From: Rhodospirillales bacterium
GTDB taxonomy: Bacteria; Acidobacteriota; Terriglobia; Bryobacterales; Bryobacteraceae
Length of the DNA: 64,000 nt
NCBI GenBank assembly: GCA_050261015.1
Contig: JBLNCW010000003.1
Span: forward strand, 12,295-76,294
Direction of reading: 5' to 3'
Numbering within the stretch: the first letter of the stretch is position 1; every line of letters begins with the position of its first letter. Below the pieces are notes generated by a model. It was not told the DNA's origin. It ran no database searches and saw only the letters and a list, made by a program, of their open reading frames with translations. Below are positions 18,153-26,588 of the stretch, piece after piece. The translations under genes and the position numbers were made by a program.

Positions 18153-18215
18153 AGCGCGGGTATTCCTGCTAGCAGTTTCCGGCAGAAATGAAGATTAAAA
18201 CATGATACTCTTCGA

Positions 18216-19361
18216 TTGTTTGACCATAGCACCGCCATGACGGTCACAATCGAGAAGTTTTTCGAAACGCAAAACACGCCTTCTCAGGTCAAGTCCGCTA
18301 TTGCTAGCAACTACTTCGGCGCGTGGGCCACGATTATGACGAAGCGGGCCGGCAAGCGTGTCATAGGCTATGCAGACCTGTTCGCCGGACGAGGTCGGTT
18401 CGACGACGGCTCAGAGTCCACACCGCTCATCATTGTCAGGCGGGCGGTTAACGATCCGGCACTCAAAACTGCGCTGAAGACATTCTTCAACGACAAGAGC
18501 GCGGACGAAATCGCCACCCTTGAGCGGGAAATCGGTTCCATACCTGGCATTGAAGGGCTCTTGTACGCGCCAAGGTTTTGGAGTGAGGCCGTTAGCGCGC
18601 AGATAATCAGAAAGGTAACGGATTTCCGTTCGGTTCCAACGTTCCTCTTTGCCGATCCCTTCGGATACATGGGGATTTCTCTCAAACTGATCAAGCTGCT
18701 GTTGGAGAACGAAAAGAGCGAGGCCCTGATCTTTTTCAATACGAACCGAATCAATGCAGGTCTAAGCAACGAGTTCGTTCGTGAACACATTGACGCGCTG
18801 TTCGGAGCCCGGCGCGCTGAAGCCGTCCGCGCAAAGGTCGCCAGCCTGCACGGCGCTGACAGGGAGCGGGTAGTTCTGGACAGCTTCCAGGATGGCCTGA
18901 AGGGTATCGGGTTCAAGTATGTCCTCCGATTTCGTTTTCTCTCCCGCTGCGCGGACCGGACCAGCCACCATCTGATCCACTGCTCCCGGCATCCGCTTGC
19001 CGAGAAAATTATGAAAGAGGTGATGGATCGATATAGCGTCAAGAGCTTCGATGGGATACCGCTTTTTGAAATCCCGCATGAGGATTTCGGGCAGGGATCG
19101 CTTTTCGAAAAACCACTGCCGCCGGTCGGCCTTGCGGAAGAATTGCTGCGCGTCTTTGCGGGAAAGACTCTCACGTTGCGGGAGATTGTGCACCGTCACA
19201 GCCCAGGCACACCGTACGTCGCGCGGAATTACCGTGCGGCGCTGTCGTACCTCATCGAGCAAGGGAAGGTCTCGTGCGATCCTTCTGCCGCGACGATGCG
19301 CTTCAGGCAAGGCAAGCGAATCTGGCCGGCGCGAACCCGGTTCACATTTCCGGCACAATAG
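18216..19361 (+). CDS. three-Cys-motif partner protein (TcmP-like); methyltransferase-fold-like
   Basis: 381-aa ORF, with an alternative start at 18237. DLFAGRG (18375..18395) resembles SAM-MTase motif I. FADPFGY (DPF at 18654..18662) resembles motif IV (DPPY/F). The overall N-terminal pattern and its position directly upstream of a DUF5131 gene match my recollection of TIGR04474. Two hand-counted 60-nt rows are about 45-47% GC, against about 73% in a row of the neighbouring rSAM gene. Confidence 0.65.
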   Translation: MFDHSTAMTVTIEKFFETQNTPSQVKSAIASNYFGAWATIMTKRAGKRVIGYADLFAGRGRFDDGSESTPLIIVRRAVNDPALKTALKTFFNDKSADEIATLEREIGSIPGIEGLLYAPRFWSEAVSAQIIRKVTDFRSVPTFLFADPFGYMGISLKLIKLLLENEKSEALIFFNTNRINAGLSNEFVREHIDALFGARRAEAVRAKVASLHGADRERVVLDSFQDGLKGIGFKYVLRFRFLSRCADRTSHHLIHCSRHPLAEKIMKEVMDRYSVKSFDGIPLFEIPHEDFGQGSLFEKPLPPVGLAEELLRVFAGKTLTLREIVHRHSPGTPYVARNYRAALSYLIEQGKVSCDPSAATMRFRQGKRIWPARTRFTFPAQ

Positions 19362-19372
19362 AAAGAGCGCCC

Positions 19373-20128
19373 ATGGGATTGAAATCAGCAATCGAGTGGA
19401 CAGAATCGACGTGGAATCCGGTCACGGGCTGCGACAAGATCAGTCCCGGTTGCAAGAACTGTTACGCCGAGAGGATGGCCCTCCGGCTCCAAGCCATGGG
19501 ACAGCCGAACTACGTAAACGGTTTCAAACTGACGCTCCATGAGCACACTCTGGAACTCCCCCTGCGCTGGCGAAAACCGCAAATGATTTTCGTCAACTCC
19601 ATGAGCGACCTTTTCCACAAGGACGTCCCCATCGAATTCATCCGCCGCACGTTTCGATTAATGCGCGAGGCCTACTGGCACCGTTTCCAGGTGCTCACGA
19701 AACGATCGGAAAGACTTGCGGCGGTGAGCGCCGAGCTAGACTGGCCCGAAAACGTCTGGATGGGTGTCAGCATCGAGACGGACAAGTACTGCTTCCGTGC
19801 CGATCATCTTCGCCGGACCGGCGCCCGGGTGAAGTTTCTCTCGCTCGAGCCGCTCCTCGGACCGCTCCCTAGCCTGAATCTATCCGGCATCAATTGGGTG
19901 ATTGTCGGAGGAGAGTCAGGACCCAAAGCCAGGCCGATGAGAGAGCAATGGGTCCTGGATATCCAAGCCGCATGCGCGGAAGCCGGGGTGGCCTTCTTTT
20001 TCAAGCAATGGGGAGGCTCCAATAAGAAGGCGGCCGGACGCATGCTCCGAGGGCGCACGTACGACGAAATGCCCCAGTTAGCAGAACCGGTTCAGAAACA
20101 CCCGCGTGAACTGCGCGTAGTGGGGTAA
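19373..20128 (+). CDS. DUF5131 / phage Gp37-Gp68 family three-Cys protein
   Basis: The N-terminus [27 protein letters not shown] is the hallmark of this family (Cx6Cx2C at 19430..19462). Also present are ...[10 protein letters not shown]..., ...QVLTKR..., ...[11 protein letters not shown]..., and ...[13 protein letters not shown]...FFFKQWGG. The start is 11 nt after the TcmP-like stop. Confidence 0.8.
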   Translation: MGLKSAIEWTESTWNPVTGCDKISPGCKNCYAERMALRLQAMGQPNYVNGFKLTLHEHTLELPLRWRKPQMIFVNSMSDLFHKDVPIEFIRRTFRLMREAYWHRFQVLTKRSERLAAVSAELDWPENVWMGVSIETDKYCFRADHLRRTGARVKFLSLEPLLGPLPSLNLSGINWVIVGGESGPKARPMREQWVLDIQAACAEAGVAFFFKQWGGSNKKAAGRMLRGRTYDEMPQLAEPVQKHPRELRVVG

Positions 20129-20140
20129 GCCTCCCGCCTC

Positions 20141-21181
20141 CTAATACCCCTCCTCCTCCAGCCGCACCTTGCCCGCGAAGTGGCGGTAAATGAAAATCGT
20201 GTATCCCGCCACCAGCATCATTCCCGGAATCCACCATGCCAGCGCTACGGATAGCCCGTGGGACGCCGTTGCGGCGCTCCAGATCGTCAGGCCGCGCGCG
20301 GGATCCGCGTTCGAGGGAAGCACGTAAGGGAACACCCCGAACGCCGCGCTGGTCAGCATGCCCGCGATATACACGCAGGATGCGATAAACGGCTTCAGCT
20401 CCTCTCCCCGGCTGCGGAACCACTGGATGCCCACCAGCCCGCCAATCGCCAGGGCCGGAAACACGTAGCCCCACGGCCAGGCATTGAGATTGGCCGCGAC
20501 TTGCGGCTGCACGCGGAAAGTGGCGGCGGTCACGATCAGCGTCATGCCGGCCACGCCGTACCACGCCAGGCTCGCAGCCCTCCGCGCCCGCTCCTGCAAG
20601 ATGTCCTCGGTCTTGTACACCAGCCACAGCGCGCCGTGCTGCGCCAGCACCAGGAACGCAAACACCCCTACCAGCACCGTGTACCAGTCCAGAATCCCGA
20701 CCTCACCCGTCGTGGTGAAGTGCGTCCACAGCGGCAGGAAGAAGTACCCCGACTCGTCCAGCGGAACGCCGCGCACAACATTGCCCAGCGCGGCGCCGAA
20801 AAAGATCGCCAGCAGAATGCTGGCTCCGGCGAACACGAAATCGAAAAACGGCGGCCAGACGGGCGCTTCCAGGTGATTGCGGAACTCGATCGCGATGCCG
20901 CGCAGGATCAGCAGCCACAGCACGATCATCAGCGGCAGGTAGAATCCGCTGAAGCTCGAAGCGTAGAGCGCCGGAAAGGCCAGGTATAGGAGGCCGCCGC
21001 CCGCCAGCAACCATACTTCGTTGCCGTCCCAGACCGGGCCGATGGACTTCAGCAGCCTCTGCCGCTGGGACTGCGTGCGCCCCACCAGGTAGTAGACAAT
21101 GCCGGTGCCGATGTCGAAGCCGTCGAGCACGACGTACACGGCAATCATTAATGCAACCAGACAGAACCAGATGGTTTCCAT
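20141..21181 (-). CDS. cydB: cytochrome bd ubiquinol oxidase subunit II
   Basis: 346-aa polytopic protein, METIWFCLVALMIAVYVVLDGFDIGTG..., which is the canonical CydB N-terminus. It lies directly downstream of cydA. Confidence 0.9.
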   Translation of the reverse strand: METIWFCLVALMIAVYVVLDGFDIGTGIVYYLVGRTQSQRQRLLKSIGPVWDGNEVWLLAGGGLLYLAFPALYASSFSGFYLPLMIVLWLLILRGIAIEFRNHLEAPVWPPFFDFVFAGASILLAIFFGAALGNVVRGVPLDESGYFFLPLWTHFTTTGEVGILDWYTVLVGVFAFLVLAQHGALWLVYKTEDILQERARRAASLAWYGVAGMTLIVTAATFRVQPQVAANLNAWPWGYVFPALAIGGLVGIQWFRSRGEELKPFIASCVYIAGMLTSAAFGVFPYVLPSNADPARGLTIWSAATASHGLSVALAWWIPGMMLVAGYTIFIYRHFAGKVRLEEEGY

Positions 21182-21190
21182 GTGCGCCTC

Positions 21191-22555
21191 CTATAAACGG
21201 ATGGGCTCCGGCCCGTGAACGACCGTCTTCGGGGCCACCCGCTCCGGCCCATGCTCGATTTCCCGGGCCGTCAGGAACAGAAAGAGAATGCCGAGCAGAG
21301 CGTACAGCCCCATGAAGCCGATCAACGTAAACAGCGTGTTGCCTGCCGAAACGTGACCCGACGGACCATCGGCGGTTCGCATCAGCCCGTAGATCAGCCA
21401 CGGCTGCCGCCCGACCTCCGCGGTGGTCCACCCCGCGGTATTGGCAATGAATGGGAAGGGCAGCGCAAGCATGATCACCCAGAGCCACGCCCGCGCCGTG
21501 TACAGACGTTTCTTCCACAGCAGCACGACCGACACGAGCGACACCGCGATGAAAATAGTGCCCAGCCCCACCATGATGCGGTAGCTGTAGTACAAGAGCG
21601 GGACGTTGTCAGGCAGGTCCTCCTTACGGAAGGCGTCCATGCCCTTGACCTCGGCCTCCCACCGCTTGTAGGTAAGGAAGCTCAGCATGCCCGGGATCAC
21701 GGCCGGGTTATCCAGCCTGCGCTTCTCGGTATCCGGCTGCCCGAGAATCGCCAGCGGCGCGCCCCCCTGCGTTTCGAAAAGCCCTTCCATGGCTGCCAGC
21801 GTGGCCGGCTGATGGTGCGCTACGTTATACCCCTGGCGGTCGCCGGTGGGAAACAGCATCAGCACCGACGCCACGCACCCCGCGATCACGCCGACCCGCA
21901 GGAACGTCCGCCCGTACTCCTCGAACTTCCGGCTCACCAGGTAGAACGCCCCCACGGAAGCCATTAAGAAGCTGCCCGTCACAACCGTTCCGATCATGGT
22001 GTGGGCGTACATCCAGCCGAGCCAGGGGTTCAGCAGGAGCGCCCAGAAGCTCTCCAGCACCAGGTTGCCGTCGGAAGCTATCTTGTACCCTACCGGGTGC
22101 TGCATCCAGGCGTCCGTCGCGACAATGAAGAAACCGGAAAGCCACGTCCCGACGAGCATCAGCAGCGAGACCGCCCAGTGCGCCCGGGCGCTCAGCCGCT
22201 TTTCGCCGAACAGCAGCAGCCCGAGAAACGTGGACTCCAGAAAGAACGAAAATACCCCTTCCATCGCAAGCGTCTGGCCGATGACCCCACCGGCCGCCTT
22301 CGAAAACTTCGCCCAGTTGGTTCCGAACTGGAATTCCATCGGAATCCCCGTAACGACGCCCAAGGCGAAGCCGATAGCGAAAAACTTAATCCAGAACCGC
22401 GCCGCTTTGTTGTAGTGATCGTTCCCCGTTTTGAGCGCCATTGTCTTCAGCACGAAGATCAATAGCGCCAGACCCATGGTCATCTGGGCAAAAACGTAAT
22501 GGAACGTAATTGTGAATGCGAAGTGCAATCGGTGGAGGGTCAGAACGGAATCCAT
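21191..22555 (-). CDS. cydA: cytochrome bd ubiquinol oxidase subunit I
   Basis: It starts LHRLHFAFTITFHYVFAQMTMGLA and carries a GWTTAEVGRQPW (Q-loop/periplasmic) motif. Confidence 0.92.
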   Translation of the reverse strand: MDSVLTLHRLHFAFTITFHYVFAQMTMGLALLIFVLKTMALKTGNDHYNKAARFWIKFFAIGFALGVVTGIPMEFQFGTNWAKFSKAAGGVIGQTLAMEGVFSFFLESTFLGLLLFGEKRLSARAHWAVSLLMLVGTWLSGFFIVATDAWMQHPVGYKIASDGNLVLESFWALLLNPWLGWMYAHTMIGTVVTGSFLMASVGAFYLVSRKFEEYGRTFLRVGVIAGCVASVLMLFPTGDRQGYNVAHHQPATLAAMEGLFETQGGAPLAILGQPDTEKRRLDNPAVIPGMLSFLTYKRWEAEVKGMDAFRKEDLPDNVPLLYYSYRIMVGLGTIFIAVSLVSVVLLWKKRLYTARAWLWVIMLALPFPFIANTAGWTTAEVGRQPWLIYGLMRTADGPSGHVSAGNTLFTLIGFMGLYALLGILFLFLTAREIEHGPERVAPKTVVHGPEPIRL

Positions 22556-22570
22556 ACCCGAAACTCCCCT

Positions 22571-22582
22571 TAATTCGAATTA
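22571..22582. promoter_or_regulatory. 12-bp perfect palindrome TAATTCGAATTA just 5' of the cydA Shine-Dalgarno
   Basis: Read directly. On the minus strand the order is TAATTCGAATTA-AGGGGAG-N7-ATG(cydA). A second inverted repeat, TATCCGC (22581-87) / GCGGATA (22623-29), lies in the same divergent region. Confidence 0.25.
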
Positions 22583-22671
22583 TCCGCGAAAATACATTCG
22601 ATGCTGCTAACAGGCTTAAGGATGCGGATATCCTCGACGCCCGCGGCTGGGCCGGAATCCCACCGGGTACA

Positions 22672-24216
22672 ATGAAAAATCCTGTGCTCAAGAGACTCTG
22701 GACCGGCAGACCGGATGCCGCAGCCGTCTTGATCATCTCCCTGGTATTTGGGATCAACGTGTACCGCGCCTGGACGCAGTCCTTCACCGCGGACGAAGCC
22801 TACAGCTATAATCTATTCATTTCAAAGCGTTTCTCGAACGTTTTCGCGGACTACAATGCGGGAAACCACGTCCTGCAATCCGCCCTCTCCAAGGTTTCCG
22901 CCAACCTGTTCGGGCTTTCCGAGTTCACGCTTCGGCTGCCCACCCTGCTGGGAGGGCTGCTCTACTTCGTCTCGGCCTTCCGGCTCTCACGATTTCTGTT
23001 CGGTGGCGGCTGGCTGGCGGTGCTTTCGGTGGCGTCTCTCTCGCTGAACCCCTTCATTCTGGATTACCTGTCGGCCGCGCGCGGCTACGGGCTGGGGCTC
23101 GGATTCCTGCTCTGGGCGGTGTACCACCTGCTGCTGTATTTCGAAGATTCGAATCAACTCCGGTTGTACAAAGCCGGCCTGGGTCTGGGCCTGTCGGTTT
23201 CCTCGGTGTTGATTTACCTGTACCCGGCAGTCGCCCTGCTGGCGCTGGTGGCGGCGATTCTGGTGGCCGACGGGGCGCTCAGTTCCCGGGACGAGGCCAA
23301 ACGCCGGTTCTGGTTCGCGGTGGACCAGTTCGCCGGTCCCGCCGCGCTCACAGCTTTCCTGATCCTGGTGATTCCGCTGAGCCGGGCCGCGCCTGAACAC
23401 TTCTATTACGGGACGGACAACCTGGACACCTTCGTCAAAAGCCTCACCCGCCCCTCCCTGTTCCATACGTTGAACGTGTACGCCATCATCAGGCACGTGC
23501 CGGGATTCATGTGGTGGGAGACGGCGGTGTACCGTGTCGTGATACCGGCGGTTCTTGCGGCCCTGGCGGCGCTCGCAATTCTGGCCGCGAGGAAATGGCT
23601 TTGCCTGCGGCGGTTCGACTCGCTCGACCGCAACGAGCGCGCCCTTCTGCTCATCGCAGGCGCGATCGCCTTGTCGCTGGTGATGATGATTGCAAACCAT
23701 CTGCTGTTCGGCGTTCCCTACCTGTTGAGCCGCACGGCGATCTTCTTCGTGCCGCTGTTTACACTGGCCGTGATGCTGCTTATCGCCCGGCCCGAAAGGC
23801 CGCTTGCGATTCCCGCGCTGGCCTTCGCCGTCTGGGCCGTCGGAATGTTCGCCGCCGGCTTCAACGCCGGTCATTACACCGAGTGGAAATACGACCGCAA
23901 CACCAAAACCGTCATGCGAATGCTCAAGCAGCGAAACAGCGCCGGGCGCGAGGTGCGGATGGGCGTGCACTGGCAGTTCGAACCGAGCGTCAATTTCTAC
24001 CGCCGGCTCTACCGCCTGGACTGGCTTAAGCGGGTGGACCGCAGCGGGCCCGACGGCGATTTCGATTACTACTATCTCGGCTACACCGATACCGGGCTTG
24101 TCGAGAAGCGCAGACTGCGACCCCTGCTGACCGATGCCGAGGCGCAGGTCATATTCGCAGTCAGGTCGTCTGAGACACAGCCCGAGTCCCAGCAGCATGC
24201 TTCAACGACTCCATAA
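22672..24216 (+). CDS. polytopic membrane glycosyltransferase (GT-C fold, ArnT/PMT-like)
   Basis: About 12 hydrophobic segments. The first-loop acidic motif FTADEAYSYN matches the DE motif of GT-C enzymes, and there is a C-terminal soluble domain. The start is at ATG 22672 (MKNPVLKRLW); the upstream part of the track ORF overlaps the cydA start region. Confidence 0.6.
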   Translation: MKNPVLKRLWTGRPDAAAVLIISLVFGINVYRAWTQSFTADEAYSYNLFISKRFSNVFADYNAGNHVLQSALSKVSANLFGLSEFTLRLPTLLGGLLYFVSAFRLSRFLFGGGWLAVLSVASLSLNPFILDYLSAARGYGLGLGFLLWAVYHLLLYFEDSNQLRLYKAGLGLGLSVSSVLIYLYPAVALLALVAAILVADGALSSRDEAKRRFWFAVDQFAGPAALTAFLILVIPLSRAAPEHFYYGTDNLDTFVKSLTRPSLFHTLNVYAIIRHVPGFMWWETAVYRVVIPAVLAALAALAILAARKWLCLRRFDSLDRNERALLLIAGAIALSLVMMIANHLLFGVPYLLSRTAIFFVPLFTLAVMLLIARPERPLAIPALAFAVWAVGMFAAGFNAGHYTEWKYDRNTKTVMRMLKQRNSAGREVRMGVHWQFEPSVNFYRRLYRLDWLKRVDRSGPDGDFDYYYLGYTDTGLVEKRRLRPLLTDAEAQVIFAVRSSETQPESQQHASTTP

Positions 24217-25903
24217 GCGGTTGAACGCCGCTGTTGGCCGCGGGCGGCGGTGCTGGTTCTGGGTTGCCGTGGCCCTCCTCCTCGGCGCGATGGGCACGGC
24301 GCAGGTCACCTCGGCGCTTCAGGAAACACAGACCTGGGACGAGGCCATCCACATTGCGGCGGGCTACTCTTACCTGAAGACCGGCGATTACAGACTAAAC
24401 CGCGAACACCCTCCCCTTTTCAAGCTGCTGTCGGCAGCGGCGCTCCTCCCGCTCGATCCGGCGCTGCCGCTCAACAGCGAAGCCTGGAGGAAGGCGGACG
24501 GCGTCGAATTCGGCGATCTGTTCCTCTACAAGAACCGCGTCCATCCGGAAACGATGCTGTTCCTCGCTCGCGCCGTCATCATTGCGCTTACGCTCGCGCT
24601 GGGGCTCGCGCTGGCCCTGTGGACACGGCGGAAGTTCGGCCCCGCTGCCGGCATCGCGGCGCTCTTCCTGTTTGCCTTCGACCCGAACCTGATCGCGCAC
24701 GGGCATTACGTCACCAGCGACCTCGCCGCGACCGCCTTCATATTCCTCGCGATCCTTGCTTGGGAACGTTACCTTCAGACCCTGCGGCGGCGCGACCTGG
24801 CCGTCTCCGGCATCGTGCTCGGGCTTGCGCTGATCAGCAAGTTTTCCGCCGTATTCCTGGTGCCCGTTCTCGCGGTCTTGTACTGGCTTCGCCGGTGGCA
24901 ATTGGGGCCCGGCCGGCTGTCGCTGCGCCGCTTCGCCGCCGCCTCGGCAACCGTTGGGGTCATCAGCATTGCCGTTGTCGCGCTGGCTTATGGCCCCGAG
25001 TCAATCCGCTGCTGGAGCGGCCCGAAACTCAGGCAGGTCGTGGACCGCTCCACTATCCCCGGCGAAGTCCTCTTCCAGACCGGGAAACGCCTCGGATTGC
25101 CCGCCCACCCATACCTCGCCGGCCTCTCCGATGTCGTAGTCCACAACAAGATTGGGCACGACGCCTATCTCATGGGAATGCAGTCCCGTAAAGGCTGGTG
25201 GTATTACTTCCCGGTGGTCTTCGCGGTCAAGACGCCGCTCTCGGTGATTGCGCTGCTGGCCCTCTCAATAGCTATCGGGCTGCGCCCGGCAAACCCGCTC
25301 AAAATCCCGTTCCATTGGATCGTCCTGCTGCTCCCCCCGCTCGTGTACTTCGCATTCTGCATGAGCAGCAACATCAACATCGGCGTGCGGCATCTGCTCC
25401 CCGTGTACCCGTTTCTGTACGCCGCAATTGCCGGCGCGATCGCAGGCGCCGCCCGCCGCTGGCGCATTCTCTCCACCGCGCTGATGCTGGTGCTGGTTAT
25501 CGAATCCCTGTCGATCCACCCTCACTACCTGGCGTTTTTCAACGCCGCTGCCGGGGGTCCGGACAACGGGCCGAACTACCTCGTGGATTCCAATCTCGAC
25601 TGGGGGCAGGACCTCAAAAACCTCAAAAACTACCTGGACCGGAACGGCTTTGACAAGGTCTGCATCTGCTATTTCGGACGCTCCAGCATGGAGTTTTACC
25701 GGTTCGAGTATTCCGATCTGCCCAGAACCGATGAGCCGGAACGGCAGGCCGAAGCCGATTGCATCGGCGCGATCAGCGTCACCTCCCTGCGCGGCATTTA
25801 CGTCGGCGAGAACGCGTATAGCTGGCTGCTGGAGCGCAAGCCGATAGCGAAAATCGGCTATTCGATCTACGTATACGATCTGCGCAAACAGGCGCTCAGG
25901 TAG
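24197..25903 (+). CDS. glycosyltransferase family 39-like (phospholipid-carrier-dependent, ArnT/PMT family)
   Basis: TWDEAIHIAAGYSYLKTGDYRLNREHPPLFKLL is a typical GT39/GT83-like first-loop block. It is followed by many TM helices and a C-terminal domain ending YSIYVYDL. It overlaps the previous GT-C gene by 20 nt. Confidence 0.72.
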   Translation: MLQRLHKRLNAAVGRGRRCWFWVAVALLLGAMGTAQVTSALQETQTWDEAIHIAAGYSYLKTGDYRLNREHPPLFKLLSAAALLPLDPALPLNSEAWRKADGVEFGDLFLYKNRVHPETMLFLARAVIIALTLALGLALALWTRRKFGPAAGIAALFLFAFDPNLIAHGHYVTSDLAATAFIFLAILAWERYLQTLRRRDLAVSGIVLGLALISKFSAVFLVPVLAVLYWLRRWQLGPGRLSLRRFAAASATVGVISIAVVALAYGPESIRCWSGPKLRQVVDRSTIPGEVLFQTGKRLGLPAHPYLAGLSDVVVHNKIGHDAYLMGMQSRKGWWYYFPVVFAVKTPLSVIALLALSIAIGLRPANPLKIPFHWIVLLLPPLVYFAFCMSSNINIGVRHLLPVYPFLYAAIAGAIAGAARRWRILSTALMLVLVIESLSIHPHYLAFFNAAAGGPDNGPNYLVDSNLDWGQDLKNLKNYLDRNGFDKVCICYFGRSSMEFYRFEYSDLPRTDEPERQAEADCIGAISVTSLRGIYVGENAYSWLLERKPIAKIGYSIYVYDLRKQALR

Positions 25904-26576
25904 TTTTGTCGGGCGCGTAGCAGATGGTTTCCAGGGGGCATTCGGCGCAGCGCGGCTTCCTGGCGACGCAAAGCGCGCGGCCGTGCAGAATCAGCTCGTG
26001 GGAGAACGCGATCCATTTCTCCTTGGGAATGATTTTCTGCAGGTCCTGCTCGATCTTCACCGGGTCGGACTCTTTGGTCAGGTCGAGCCGCGCCGCCACC
26101 CGCTGCACGTGCGTATCGACGACCACGCCGCTTGGAATGCCGTAGGCCGATCCGAGCACCACGTTGGCGGTCTTTCGCGCCACGCCCGGAATGGTCAGCA
26201 TTTCCTCCATGGTGCGCGGCACCTGGCCGCCGAAATCGCTCAGGATCTTTTTTGCCGCCCCGATCAGCGCTTTCGATTTGTTGTTGAAGAACCCGGTGGA
26301 GCGTATGTCCATCGCCAATTCGGCCTGGTTTGCGTTCGCAAAATCGGTGATGGTGCGGTATTTCGCGAACAGCCCCGGAGTGACCTCGTTCACCCGCTTG
26401 TCCGTGCACTGCGCCGAAAGGATGGTCGCCACAAGCAGTTCCCACGGCGTGCGATAGTTGAGCGCGGTGGTCGCGTTGGGGTAAATTTCTTCCAAGATTT
26501 CCAGAATGCGGCGGACGCGCTCCTGCCGCTCCGCGGCCGTCCTGGGCCGCTTAACTCGATTTCCAAGCATTGCCAT
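25896..26576 (-). CDS. nth: endonuclease III (DNA-(apurinic or apyrimidinic site) lyase)
   Basis: HhH-GPD block LTIPGVARKTANVVL, with the catalytic-Lys context. The C-terminal 4Fe-4S loop is CVARKPRCAECPLETIC. Confidence 0.92.
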   Translation of the reverse strand: MAMLGNRVKRPRTAAERQERVRRILEILEEIYPNATTALNYRTPWELLVATILSAQCTDKRVNEVTPGLFAKYRTITDFANANQAELAMDIRSTGFFNNKSKALIGAAKKILSDFGGQVPRTMEEMLTIPGVARKTANVVLGSAYGIPSGVVVDTHVQRVAARLDLTKESDPVKIEQDLQKIIPKEKWIAFSHELILHGRALCVARKPRCAECPLETICYAPDKTT

Positions 26577-26588
26577 AAGTTTAGCGCC

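Noticed and set aside
18166-18175. 10-bp palindrome CTGCTAGCAG between the rSAM gene and the TcmP-like gene, considered as a terminator or operator.
   Set aside because: It has no loop and no U-tract. It is a single short GC/AT-mixed palindrome of a kind expected by chance. It is noted only as context for the co-transcription question.
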